A stretch of 64,000 nt of DNA from an uncultured Planctomycetota bacterium (GTDB lineage Bacteria > Planctomycetota > Planctomycetia > Isosphaerales > Isosphaeraceae), in assembly GCA_963845755.1 (NCBI GenBank), contig CAWJTV010000003.1, positions 163,960 to 227,959 on the forward strand. Direction: 5' to 3'. Of the stretch, positions 25,701 to 36,693 are shown piece by piece (within the stretch, counting starts at the first letter, position 1; each line of letters starts with the position of its first letter). A program made the translations under genes and the position numbers. Below the pieces are notes generated by a model that did not search any database, was not told where the DNA came from, and saw only the letters and a list, made by a program, of their open reading frames with translations.

Positions 25701-28700
25701 GGTCAAAGTCCCGGTCGTGACCGATAACGTCAGATCCCACGTCAGGTCAAACGGTCCGACATCGGGGTCATTCAAGGCGATCGCATCGCCGGACGCGGCC
25801 GAGAAGACGAACGGCTGGCCGGCGGTGAATCGAACATAGTTCGCGGGGACCTGAAAGACGCCCGGGCGAAGGGCCGAGACTTCCGAGGTGTTGCCGCCGG
25901 GATCGGTCGCCGTGGCGGTGATGATCGGCAGCCCGTCGGGCGCCGTGAAGGGGACCGCGAAACTCACCCCGCCCGTTGCGTCGGTCGTCACTTCGATCGA
26001 GCCCAGGTCGTCCTGCGCGTCACCCGAGCCCCCCGGCCCGTAGGCGGCGCTGGCGAAGAAGTCGAGTCGAAAGAGAGTGTCGGGTGTGCTCCCGCCCAGC
26101 CAGCCTTCGAGCTGGCCGTTGGAGGTCATGAATAAGATCGGGAAGTTCTGGAGGTTGTTCGGGCCCTGGCTCGGAGCGGAGGCGTTGTCCGTCACCCCGT
26201 CGTCGCCGAGGTCGATGGCCTGTCCGATGTTGGCGAAGATGCGGTTGTCCGTGATCGGGTTGCCGATGGAGAGGTCGCTGGCCGAGGTACCGACCACGAC
26301 ACCCGGCCCGCCGTTGTTGGTGATCAGGTTGCCCGCGACGGCGGAGGTCCCACCGATCGTATTGCCGGTGGATCCCTCCGCGATCACGATTCCGCCGGAT
26401 TGGTTGGGCAGGGATACGGAACCGGTCACGTCGGTGCCGATGAAATTGCCCGCCACCACGTTATCGGACGAGCCGCCGATCGCGACGCCCGCGTTATCAT
26501 TGCCCGAGATGACGTTCCCCTGGCCGGCGGCATCGACGCTGACGCCGTCGGTCCCAATCACGTTGCCGGAGGCGCCTGCGACGATCATCACGCCGCCGGC
26601 AGTCCCCGGGCCAGAGTAGTTATAGTAAGGGTAAGATCCGTTGTAAGGGTAGGCTCCGTTGGCCAGAGCGACATCCCCGGTGACCGTCGTGCCGATGAGA
26701 TTGCCCGCGACGACATTGCCATCGGTGCCCTGGCCCTTGATCAGGACGCCGACTCCGGAGTTGCCCGAGATCAGGTCTCGCTCGGCCGCATCGTTGATGC
26801 CGTCGCCATCGGTCCCGATCAGGTTGTCGCTGGCCCCCTCGTCGATCTCGACACCGAACTGGTTCGGTTCGGCCTGGGTGCCGGCGGGATCGGTCCCCAG
26901 GAAGTCACCGTAGATCCAATCGCCCGTGGCGCCCGAGCCCGTGAGGTGAATGCCGGCGCCCTGGCCGAAGCTGTCGATGTTCAGGCCCGCGACGGTGACG
27001 CCCGGGGAGGTGATCATCAGGCCGTCGCCGCCGCCGGCCTGGCTGCCGTTGAGCTCGATCAAAGGCGAGCCGGCGTAACCGGGTTGCGACGTGCCGTCGA
27101 TCAGCACCGGGTTGGAGATCGCTGGCAAGGCCGAGAGTAAGAAGATCGTTTGCACGCCCGAGCCCGGGATATCGAAGTCGATCGTGTTGGTGGCGCCGGT
27201 GGCGCCGTTGGAATCGAGGATCGCCTGGCGGAGCGACCACGGGCCGCTGTCGGCCGTCGTGGTGACCACGAAGGGACCATAGGTGACGAACACCTGAGAT
27301 TGGACCGGCGCCGCGCCCACGGACGTCGCATCCAGAGTGAGCGCGACGTCGAGAGCGGTGCCGGGGGGCGGTGTGTAAATCAACCCCTCGAGCCCCGCGT
27401 CGATCGCCGCGATCGAGCCCTGATACGATAACGACTCGGTGCCATCGCCCGAGCCGGCCAGGCCGGCGGTGGTCCCGAGAGTCAGCGTCCCGGCGGGGAC
27501 CGACAGCGAGATGTTCCAGATCGCCACCAATGGCCCGGCACTCGGGTCTTGCAGGGCGATCTCCTGGCCCGATGCGGCCGAGAAGTCCACCGACTGACCG
27601 GGGGCCGGGCGGATGGAGCTTGCGGCGATCGCCCAGACGCCCTGGCGCGGCCGAGACCTCGGAGGTGTTGCCAGCCGGATCGGTCGCCGTGGCCGTGATG
27701 TCCGGCAACCCGGCGGGCGCCGTGAAGGGGACTGCGAAGGTCACCTGTCCGGTCGCGTCGGTGGTCACATCAAACGACCCCAGGTCGTCCTGGGCCTCTC
27801 CCGACCCGTCGGAATTGTAGCCGGTGTTGGCGTAGATATCGATGCGAAACGTCGTGTCGGGAGTGCTGCCCCCGAGCCAGCCCTGGAGCTGGCCATCGGC
27901 GGTGGCCACGATGATCGGGAAGTTCTGGAAATTGTTCGGGCCCTGGCTCGAAGAGGGGGCGTTGTACGTCACCCCGTCATCGCCGAGATCGATGGCCTGT
28001 CCGGTGTTGGCGAAGATGCTATTGGCTGTGATCGGGTTGCCGATGGAGAGGTCGCTCGAGGAGGTGCCGACCACGACTCCCGGCCCACCGTTGTTGGTGA
28101 TCAGGTTGCCCGCGACGGCGGTCGTCCCACCGATCGTATTGCCGGTGGTCCCCCCCTCGATCACGATCCCGGCGGATTGGTTAGGCAGGGATACGGAACC
28201 GGTCACGTCGGTGCCGATGTCGTTGCCCGCCACCACGTTATCGGACGAGCCGCCGATCGCGATTCCCGCGTTATCATTGCCCGAGATGACGTTCCCCTGG
28301 CCGGCGGCATCGACGCTGACGCCGTCGGTCCCAATCACGTTGCCCGAGGCGCCTCCGACGACCATCACTCCGCCGGCATTGAGCAAGCCGGAGCCGTATC
28401 CATAGTAGTAGCCATAAGATCCGTTGGCCAGGGCGACATCCCCGCTGACGGTCGTGCCGATGAAGTTGCCCGCGACCACATTGCCATCGGTGCCCTGGCC
28501 CTGGATCAAGACGCCAACGCTGTTGTTGCCCGAGATCAGGTTCCGCTCGGCCGCATCGTCGATCCCGTCGCCATTGGTCCCGATGAGGTTGTCGCTGGCC
28601 CCCCCATCGATTTCGATGCCATACGTTTGGCCACCGTAGGTTTCACCCTGGGTGCCGGTGGGATCGGTCCCCAGGAAGTTGCCATAGATCCAATCGTCCG

Positions 28701-29229
28701 TGGCGCCGGGACCCGTGAGTTCAATGCCGACGCCTGTGCTGAAATCACCGATGTTGTCGATGTCCAGGCCGCGGACGGTCACGCCCGAGCCGGTGATCGT
28801 CAAACCGTCGAGATTGCCGGAGCCCTGGTTGTAGAGCTGGGTGCCGTTGATCTCGATCAAAGGCGTGCTGGCGTAGCCCGGCTGGGAGAAGCCGTCGATC
28901 AGCACCGGGCTGGAGATCGCGGGCAGAACCGAGAGCGGATCGATCGTCTGCACGCCGGAGCCGCCGATATCGAAGTCAATCGTGCTGGTCGTCCCTACGG
29001 CATCGTTCGAATCAAGAATAGCCTGGCGGAGCGAGCCGGGGCCGCTGTCGCCGGTGTTGGTCACCAGGAAGGTGGACAGCAGCGTCCGGTCCTCCATGAC
29101 TTCCAGGCCGGGGCGGAGCCGGAAAAGCGTTGCGCTGAATCCAGCGGGAGATCGGCTTCGTCGACGACCGTGAAGGCGCCGGCGAGGGGCAAGGATGCCG
29201 GATTTCGTTGGGCGGAGAAGAGTGATCAT
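19704..29229 (-). CDS. Giant surface protein B, paralogue of A with a duplicated beta-helix module (frameshift near 27650)
   Basis: ORFs 26905-29298 and 19704-27590; same architecture and a highly similar C-terminal third. Confidence 0.9.
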
Positions 29230-29294
29230 CGTAGCTCGTCCGGTACGGGTTTCGTCGAGACTCAATGGTCGGTCGATACAGGATCGGGGCGGGC

Positions 29295-32200
29295 TCACGA
29301 AGTCGAATGCATGAGAGGATTACGGATCCCGACGCTCCCGAAGCGCATGCCCGGGCTCCGGCTCGATCCGCGGCGGATCGAGCGGAGGGCGGGATCATTC
29401 AGGATCGCGTCGCGGTCGTCCTGGTCGGGGGCGTACTTGAGGGCCTCATCGAGCAGGTTCATCGCGCGGCTACGATAGTTGCGGTAGAGGGCAATGGCCC
29501 GCTCGCCCTGGCGGCTGACGTCCTGGGCGGCGAACTCGACCGCCAGGGCGTAGACGCGGGCGGCGTTGAAGAGGGCCTGGGCTTTGGCTTTGCGCTCTTC
29601 GTCCGTGCGCGGGACCATGGCCGAGGCGAGTCGGGCCGCGGACTCGGCGTCGGTCACCGCAGGCCGCCAATCGCCCGTCCGGATACGGGCCAACCCTCGA
29701 CCGCCCAGGGCCTCGCTCTGTTTCGCATCCAGCCGCAGCGACTCCTCGAAGTCGAGCAGGGCCAGCTTGGGTGCGTCGGCGAAGTAGTAGGCCATGCCGC
29801 GCAGGTTCAACAGCCGGGTGCGCGGGGCCTTTGCGGATTCCGGCGTGAGCTCGAGCGCCTCGTTGAAGTCGGCGACCGCCGCGGTGAATTGCCTGCGCCC
29901 CTCGCGGGCCAGGCCGCGGAGCTCGAAGATCTCGGCCGAGCGCTGGCCGCGCGCGATGAAGGCGTTGGCCGAGGCCAGCACCTCGTCGTACCGCTTCAGC
30001 TCCATCAGGGCCGAGATCCGCACGCGATGGGCCGCGGCGTCATCGGGGAGGATCGCCAGGGCCGCGTCGCAGGCGGCCAGCGTCTCCTGCGCCTGTCCGC
30101 CGGCGAAGAAGAGCTTGGCCCGGTCGACGTGGTCCCGGGCCTTGAGCAACTTGTCCGGCTCATGGCGGATCGCCTCGTCGAGGTCGCGGATCGCCGCCTT
30201 GCGCTGGTCCGGTGTGATGTCGCTCCGGTAGGCATACAGCAGGGCCCGGCTGCGATACAGCCCGGCCGTCACGATCGGTTCCGGATGGCAGGCGATGGCC
30301 CGTTCGAACGACGCGGCGGCGGCGTCCAGCCGACCCTGGCGCTGGTAGACCTGGGCCAACGTGGCGTGAGCCGGGTACAGGCTCGGCTTGAGCCGGATGG
30401 CCGCTTCGAGGTCGACGACCGCGTCATCGAGGCGGTTCGACTGGATTCCCATCAGGCCACGGTTGGTGAGCAGGACGTATCGCAGATCGTCGCTGGGCTT
30501 CAGCGTGAGGACCTGGCGGTAATCGGCCTCCGCGGACGCGATCGCCTCCTTCGCGTCTTGCCGGAGACGGGCGGCTTCCGCTTCATCGGGGTGCGATTGG
30601 GCGATCTTTTCCAGGGCCTGGTTGCCCTCCTCCCCGGCGACAAGGGCACGCATCAGATACAGGGCCACCAGGTCGCGATGGCTCCGGATGCACGTGGTCA
30701 AGCTGGTCCTGGCCTGGCTCAACGCCTTCGGTTGCATGTTGAGGTAGCAGACCGCGAGCAGGAGGTGGGCCGACGTGTTCTCGGGATCGGCTTGCAGGGC
30801 CGAGTTGAGCGGACGAACGGCGTCGGCGAACCGGCGGCGGAGGACCAGCTCGCGACCGTTGAGAAAGGAGTCCAGCGCCGTCACGGGATCGATCCGGCTG
30901 GCTTCTCGATTCTCGCGGTCCCGGCCCGCGAGGTCGCCCGTGCGCTCGAGGCACTCGGCGCGGCGGCGGTGGTACGCGGCGGTCGTCTTCGGGCGAAGCC
31001 GGACCGCCCGGTCCAGAATCCGCAGGCCCTCGGCAGGCTTGCCCGCCTGCGATAGGATCAAGAGCAGGTTGTAGCAGTCGTCGGCCACCCTGGCCTTCTC
31101 GGCATCCTGCAACCCGGCCGGCAACGACTCGATCAGGGTCCAGGCCTCGTCGGACGCCCCCGGATCCCGGGCGTAGATGGTCAGCGCCTTATGGGCCGAG
31201 GCCTGGAGCTTCTCGAATCGGTCCTTCTCGTTCAGCACTCCGAAGCCCGTCGCGGACAACTGGGCGTCCTGGCTCAGGTCCAGGAACTTCTGATAGCGTT
31301 GCTCTGTCCGCGCGGATGCGTTGCTCGGCCTCTGCGCTCAATCTCTCCGCATCAAGCCGCTTGCCCACCCACTTCAGCTTGTCTTCGACGCGGCGTGCAA
31401 TCTGCTTGAGTCGCGGCTCGGCCTGGGCAACTTTCAAGTAAGTGGCCAGGTCGACCTGAGCCTCCTGATACTCCTTCTGGCTGTTGGCCCTGTCGGCCAC
31501 CTCCAGCACCTCCATTCCATGATTCTGCTCCTGGAGGACCCAGGCGTTCTGCTGGCTCTCATAGTTCAGCTTGTAGCGCTGGTAGCCGATGACGCCTCCG
31601 GTCAGGCCGATGAGCAGCAGGACGCCCGCGGCCACGGACAAGGCAGCGACCGGGTGCCTCTTCGACCACTTGTACCCGCGCTCCCACACCGTGATTGGCC
31701 TGGCCTTGATCGGTCGGCCTTCCCGGTAACGATCCAGGTCGTCGGCCAGGTCCTCGGCCGTCGCGTATCGTCGTTGCGGGTCCTTGTTCAGGCACTTCAG
31801 GCAGATGGTCTCGAGATCGCGAGCCAGCCGCGGCACCAACCGTGATGGCGGCACCGGGTCCTCATGGATGACCAGGCGGACCGTCTCCATCACCGTCGCG
31901 CCCTTGAGGGGGGTACGACCGGTCAGGACCTCGTAAAGGATCGCGCCCAGCGCATAGATATCGGCCGCCGGGCCGACGTCCTTGGTACGTCCCAGGGCCT
32001 GCTCGGGAGCCATGTAGCTGGGCGTGCCCATGATGTCGCCGCTTTGGGTCTGGTGATCCTCCGATTCCAGCCGCTTGGCCAGCCCGAAGTCGGTGATCTT
32101 GGGTGTTCCGTCGCCGGCCAGGAGCACGTTGGCCGGCTTGAGGTCGCGGTGGACGATCCGGGCTTGATGCGCGGCGTGAATGGCCCGGGCCAGGGTCGCC

Positions 32201-33300
32201 ATCAGCTCGGCGGCCGCAATGCCCGGCTGGGGTGTCCCCGCCAATCGAGTTGCGAGGTCTCCTCCGTCGAGAAACTCCAGCGAAACGAACGGCATGCCGT
32301 CCACTTCGCCGATGTCGTAGATCTGCACGATGTTCGGGTGCCGGAGCTGGGCGACCGCCTCGGCCTCGATCCGGAAGCGGGCCAGATGATTCGGCCCCGC
32401 CAGGCTCCCGCCAATGATCATCTTGAGCGCGACGAGGCGATTCAGCCCTGTCTGTCGGGCCTTGTAGACGACGCCCATCCCGCCACGGCCGAGCGTTCCC
32501 AGGATCTCGTAGCCGGGAACCTCGGGCGTGCCGGTCGTTGATTTCGCCGGGCTCACGACGGTTGAGGGACCTCGAGGCCGGATCACACTGGCCGTTCGGT
32601 TGGGGTCGGTGGCACTCAGGCTGGCCGTTCGGTTGGGGTCGATGTCGTGTTCATGGCCGGGAATCTCGTCCGTGTTCGCGACGGTCCGGTCAGGGATCAC
32701 CGACCCGGTGGACGTCTGGGGAGTCAAATCGCCGGTCACCCCGAAATCACGAGGCGATTCCGCATCGAAGTGGCCGGCGACTCCGGAATCGGCGATCGGT
32801 TGCGCCTCCGGGGCGACGGTCGCCAGGGGATCGACCGACGGACCGAACTGGACTTCGGTCGGAGCCGGAGAGCGGCCGTTGTCTCCTCGTTCGGTTGGCG
32901 TAACCTCTGTGATGATTGAGCATTCGGCGATTCGAGGGATGTAAGTCGTAACATCGGACGAAGTGGTCGGTGCCGGTCCGGGACGGCTGCCTTGCCCGGG
33001 GATGTCCTCCCGCCGGCCGGGCTGGGGCGTCGGACCATCGTCGGCGATAGTCCGGTCTGGGTCGGGTCGTGATCCAGGCGGGTGGGGCTCACGGTCGAGT
33101 GGGTCGCCCCCAGGACGCTCGACGGCAGGCCGGGCCAGGAAATCCGCCGCCTGAGGATGGGCCTCCAGGAGCCGTTCCACCCGACGGCGCAGCTCGGCAT
33201 CGTCACCGCAGGCCTGATCCAGATAACCGGCTCTCTCCGCGGTCGTTTTCTTGCCCAGCGCGGCAAAAAAGATCGATTCGACCTGCGACGGGGTGCTCAT
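29295..33300 (-). CDS. Membrane Ser/Thr protein kinase with TPR repeats (frameshift near 31295)
   Basis: [60 protein letters not shown] array in 29295-31259. Confidence 0.9.
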
Positions 33301-33330
33301 GGCATCACTCCCATTATGAATGACTCCAGG

Positions 33331-33370
33331 AACAATGCGACGAATTCACCCCGATCCCCTCAATCGCTCC
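33331..33370 (-). promoter_or_regulatory. Putative ECF promoter, copy 3 (TGAGGG-N17-CGCATT)
   Basis: Lies between the sigma gene and the kinase start; same motif as 651-700 and 5938-5987. Confidence 0.6.
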
Positions 33371-33376
33371 CTTTTT

Positions 33377-33955
33377 TCAACCGCCTGGTGAATCGTCCCG
33401 AGCTTTCAGCTCGGCGTAGAGCCAGGTGCGTGCATAAGTCCAGTTGCGTTCGGCGGTTGCCAGCGAGATCTTCATCACCTGGGCAATCTCCGGCATGGTC
33501 AGACCCGCGAAAAAACGCAGCTTGACCAACTCGGCCTTGGCCGGCTCTTCCGCCGCAAGCTTGCTGACGGCTTCGTCCAGGACAACGAGGTCTTCGGAGG
33601 ATTCCTCCACCAGCGGCGACGCCACGACTTCCCAGTTGACCCGATTGCGATCGCCACCGTGCTTGATCCGTTTCTTGCGGCGAGCGCTCTCGATCAGGAT
33701 CCGGCGCATCGCCTCGGCGGCCGCGGCGAAGAAGTGCCCGCGGCTGTCCCAGTGCGGCCGAGCACCCGTACCGACCAGCCGCAGATAAGCCTCGTGCACC
33801 AGAGCCGTGGCGTCGAGTGTCTGTCCGCTCGCCTCGCCCTTGAGCCGATCCGCCGCCAGCCGGCGCAACTCGTCATAGACCAGCGGCAGCAACTCATCGG
33901 CGGCGCACGGGTCGCCGTCGACAATAGCGTCCAGGATTTGGGTCACTTCTCGCAC
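33377..33955 (-). CDS. ECF sigma factor, TIGR02999/ECF43-like (kinase-associated)
   Basis: LLPLVYDELRRLAA, QTLDATALVHEAYLRL, GHFFAAAAEAMRRIL, LVKLRFFAGLT; GTG start at 33955 inferred. Confidence 0.93.
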   Translation of the reverse strand: MREVTQILDAIVDGDPCAADELLPLVYDELRRLAADRLKGEASGQTLDATALVHEAYLRLVGTGARPHWDSRGHFFAAAAEAMRRILIESARRKKRIKHGGDRNRVNWEVVASPLVEESSEDLVVLDEAVSKLAAEEPAKAELVKLRFFAGLTMPEIAQVMKISLATAERNWTYARTWLYAELKARDDSPGG

Positions 33956-34099
33956 GAGCCGTGCCTGAGGTATTCCCGAAAGTCCATGGGGGAGACGCCC
34001 TCGGACCCAGAAGTCACGCGAACGACGGGAGGCGTTTGACGTCGAGCCCCACATCAGGCTCGGATCGCAGCGAGAAGCGCCGGGAAGGCCCCAGATTGG

Positions 34100-34273
34100 T
34101 CATCTCATGCTATTACCAAGATGATAACCTCGACGCATGCTGATTTTGAAGCCCTCTCTGATCTTGGACTCGGGCCCGGCCCGGTCGAAGGCCCGCCGCG
34201 GCTCGGTGATGATCAGGTCCACGCCCTGACCGCGGATGAACAGCACGGCGTCGAAGCGGACATCGATCGACAT
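34100..34273 (-). pseudogene. Internally deleted kinase remnant (57 aa)
   Basis: MSI is joined in frame to DVRFDAVLFIRGQGVDLIITEPRR...GPESKIR, matching the 11317 kinase segment around 10740-10850. Confidence 0.75.
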
Positions 34274-34276
34274 CGT

Positions 34277-34927
34277 TCACGGTCCCTCCAGACCACCTGG
34301 TATCGTCGCCAGGATCGCCTTGAGCTTCTTGAGTGCCCGGATGTAACGCTTGGCTCCGGCCTCCTCGGTGATGCCCAGCACGACTGCGGTCTCGGCTCGC
34401 GTGAGCTGTTCGAAGTGCCGCAGCGCCACGATTTCCCGATCGTGCGGTTCGAGCGAGTTGACCGCCTCCTGGACCTGGAGGATCTGCTCGGCCCGGATCG
34501 CCGCATTCGAGGGCGAGGTCAGACGCCCCAGCAGCATCGCGGCCAGGGCCGCCGAGCTGGCCTGGGGCAAGGGATCGCGATAGAGCGAGACCTCCTGGGA
34601 GACGTCTCGCATCCGCGTCCCCAGGTGATGGCGGTGGACCATCGCCAGCCGATCGCCGACGACCAGTCGCAGCCAGAGGAACACCGGCAGGCGGGGATCG
34701 CTCAGATAGCTGTCCACCCGCTTCGCCAGGTCGAGGAAGCCGTCCTGAAGCACGTCGGAGGCGTCGATCCGACCCTGGAGCCGCGCATCCATGCGCAGCT
34801 CGACCATCCTGCGTAGGCGGTCGCGGTGCTGCTGGAACAGGTCGGCGAGCGCGCCGCGATCCCCGGCCCGGAGCCGCTCGAACAGGTGGACCGTTTCACT
34901 GGGTGGGTCGTTCTGGCTCTTCCCCAT
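34277..34927 (-). CDS. ECF sigma-70 factor, paralogue of 805-1455
   Basis: MGKSQNDPPSETVHLF...PGGLEGP, the same length as 805-1455 with few substitutions; start set by the paralogue. Confidence 0.93.
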   Translation of the reverse strand: MGKSQNDPPSETVHLFERLRAGDRGALADLFQQHRDRLRRMVELRMDARLQGRIDASDVLQDGFLDLAKRVDSYLSDPRLPVFLWLRLVVGDRLAMVHRHHLGTRMRDVSQEVSLYRDPLPQASSAALAAMLLGRLTSPSNAAIRAEQILQVQEAVNSLEPHDREIVALRHFEQLTRAETAVVLGITEEAGAKRYIRALKKLKAILATIPGGLEGP

Positions 34928-35100
34928 ACTTGATGACTGGCGCGCCGCCGCGAGTTCAGGACAAAAAAATTGGAGGTTTTCCCAAAAATGTCGTCTCAAA
35001 GACCGGGAAATCGACCCCGAATCGCCCTTCGACGAGCCGAACACGGCGACCGAGGATCTGCCCGAAACCCCGATCGGCGATCGGGTTGCGTAGACAACGG

Positions 35101-35901
35101 CTATCCCTTGCCTCGCGTCATGACGTTTTCCAGGACGGCCTGAAAGGCATCGGCCGAGATGCTGAACTCGCCGCGGAACGGATTGTCCATCGCCGCGGTC
35201 AGGAAGACGAGAAGGCCGATGAAGATCGCCAGCATCCCGACCAGGATGGCGTGGACCCGGAGGTTGTCCACCCAGAAGAGATAGGTCAGGAGGACATTGA
35301 GCAGGGCGCCGACCAGAACGACCGACCAGAGGGCCGCCGGCAGGCCGGTGGGGACCGCCTGGAGTCGCAGCCGGCGCTGTTCTTGAACCGTGTCGAGCGA
35401 TCGCAGCACTTCCGCCTGGACGATCTTCTCGCGCTCCTTGGTCGGTTCGAAGTTCATCACCTCGTCTTCGAGCTCGTCGAGCTTGGCATCGCCGTCCTCG
35501 AGGGCTTCGCCCTTCTTGTGGGCCGGCCATTCCTTCTCGATCACGAGCTGGGTGTAGTCGCGCATCATCGACTCCAACCGGCCACGCAGCGGTTGCGGGT
35601 ATCCATCCAGGTCCCGGTACAGACTGGCCAGCGCCGCCGCCTCGGTCGAGACCACTCCGTCGATATCCGTGTAGTTCTCCCACGTCGCCACCGCGATCAG
35701 GCCCAGGGCCAATCCATAGAACACACCGATCCCCGCGAAGAAGTAGCTGACGACATCGTTGCAGTTCCCCGCGGGGCCCAGGAGCCTCCGTACCAGCGGA
35801 CGGGTCGCGAACAGGCCGATCAGCGAGGCCACCACGAAAACCGAGAGGATCAGGGTGCAAAGCGCCCAGTTTTGCAGGTCGTAGATCCAGTACATCGTCA
35901 T
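35101..35901 (-). CDS. Membrane protein, DUF4239/bestrophin-like
   Basis: Four TM segments; GVFYGLALGLIAVATWE, EAAALASLYR and MDNPFRGEFSISADAF motifs. Confidence 0.75.
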   Translation of the reverse strand: MTMYWIYDLQNWALCTLILSVFVVASLIGLFATRPLVRRLLGPAGNCNDVVSYFFAGIGVFYGLALGLIAVATWENYTDIDGVVSTEAAALASLYRDLDGYPQPLRGRLESMMRDYTQLVIEKEWPAHKKGEALEDGDAKLDELEDEVMNFEPTKEREKIVQAEVLRSLDTVQEQRRLRLQAVPTGLPAALWSVVLVGALLNVLLTYLFWVDNLRVHAILVGMLAIFIGLLVFLTAAMDNPFRGEFSISADAFQAVLENVMTRGKG

Positions 35902-35994
35902 GGTCGGGACTTCCTTGATATTTGTTCCCAGAGCCCGGAGCGGGGATTTGCCGTTTCTCCTGGTCCTGACCCGAAGCGAAGATTCAAAGAATCG

Positions 35995-36054
35995 GATGTG
36001 ACCGACGAATCAAGTGGGCCGGCGGGCCGGGTCCGCTGGAGCTCGCGGTCAGGC
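35995..36054 (-). repeat. Truncated attC-like site
   Basis: GCCTGAC core overlaps the stop of 36049-36363; 22 bp (36020-36041) are identical to 36434-36455; the distal arm is missing. Confidence 0.6.
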
Positions 36055-36363
36055 GGTTTGAATCGCAGGTGTAAAGAGCATCACAAAGATCGGTAGGGCA
36101 ACAGCTGCCCAGAGCCAGGGCGACCCTCGGGCAACTGGAAAGCGGGCGATTATGCCAATGGCGAATAGGGCGTTAAGGATCGACAACAACATTGCGGAAT
36201 CACTGGCCGCCTCGACGACGAGTGCGAATTCGTCATCCGACATTCCGAAGGCCTGTCGCGGGCCGACCCAGGCGAAGGCCACGGCAGCAACGCAGAGACA
36301 CGAAGCGTAAATCGAACACCGTGTCGCGATAACATGCCATTTTTTCGCAAGGTGTTCGTCCAC
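36049..36363 (-). CDS. Hypothetical three-TM membrane protein, probable gene cassette
   Basis: 104-aa hydrophobic ORF of lower GC, bounded by attC-like sites. Confidence 0.6.
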   Translation of the reverse strand: MDEHLAKKWHVIATRCSIYASCLCVAAVAFAWVGPRQAFGMSDDEFALVVEAASDSAMLLSILNALFAIGIIARFPVARGSPWLWAAVALPIFVMLFTPAIQTA

Positions 36364-36369
36364 AGCACC

Positions 36370-36468
36370 GCCTAATGCATAGCTCAGCGGCCCGGTCCGC
36401 CGAGTGTGACCACCGAATGACCGGAATGCACTGCGGCGGGCCGGGTCCGCTGGAGAACTGGCTCAGGC
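36370..36468 (-). repeat. attC-like recombination site (degenerate cores)
   Basis: Minus strand GCCTGAG..CAGCGGACCCGGCCCGCCG..CGGCGGACCGGGCCGCTGAGCTATGC-ATTAGGC: a 99-bp imperfect palindrome with an extrahelical base and R''/R' cores close to RYYYAAC/GTTRRRY. Confidence 0.7.
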
Positions 36469-36693
36469 GGTCACGCGTGCCCGAGCAGCCTGTTCGGAAC
36501 CATCCTCGACCGCCAGCGCCCGATAATGCACGCCGACTTGGACCGACCAGAGGCGACCGACTTTCTTCAGGTGCAGCGAGGGATGCCATGAGTCCTGCCG
36601 AAGCAACTCTTAACCGGAGTCCGCCAACCTCTGGACCCCGACTGGCAATCGGCGGTAGCAGTGCCAGAACCTCGGGGTCGCTCGGTGGTTCAC
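36463..36693 (-). pseudogene. RelE/ParE-like toxin pseudogene
   Basis: GTG overlaps the antitoxin stop: MNHRATPRFWHCYRRLPVGVQRLADSG*ELLRQDSWHPSLHLKKVGRLWSVQVGVHYRALAVEDG; TAA at 36610-36612 and a degenerate C-terminus. Confidence 0.78.

Noticed and set aside
11741..29229. Diversity-generating retroelement acting on the adhesins
   Set aside because: No reverse transcriptase and no adenine-specific template/variable repeat pair seen.
12603..31055. Long + strand ORFs opposite the adhesins and kinases (e.g. 12603-14057, 27613-29478, 29265-31055)
   Set aside because: Antisense shadows of high-GC coding sequence with no recognisable motifs.
34277..35860. 527-aa extended sigma ORF
   Set aside because: The paralogue fixes the start at 34927; the extension overlaps the DUF4239-like gene in another frame.
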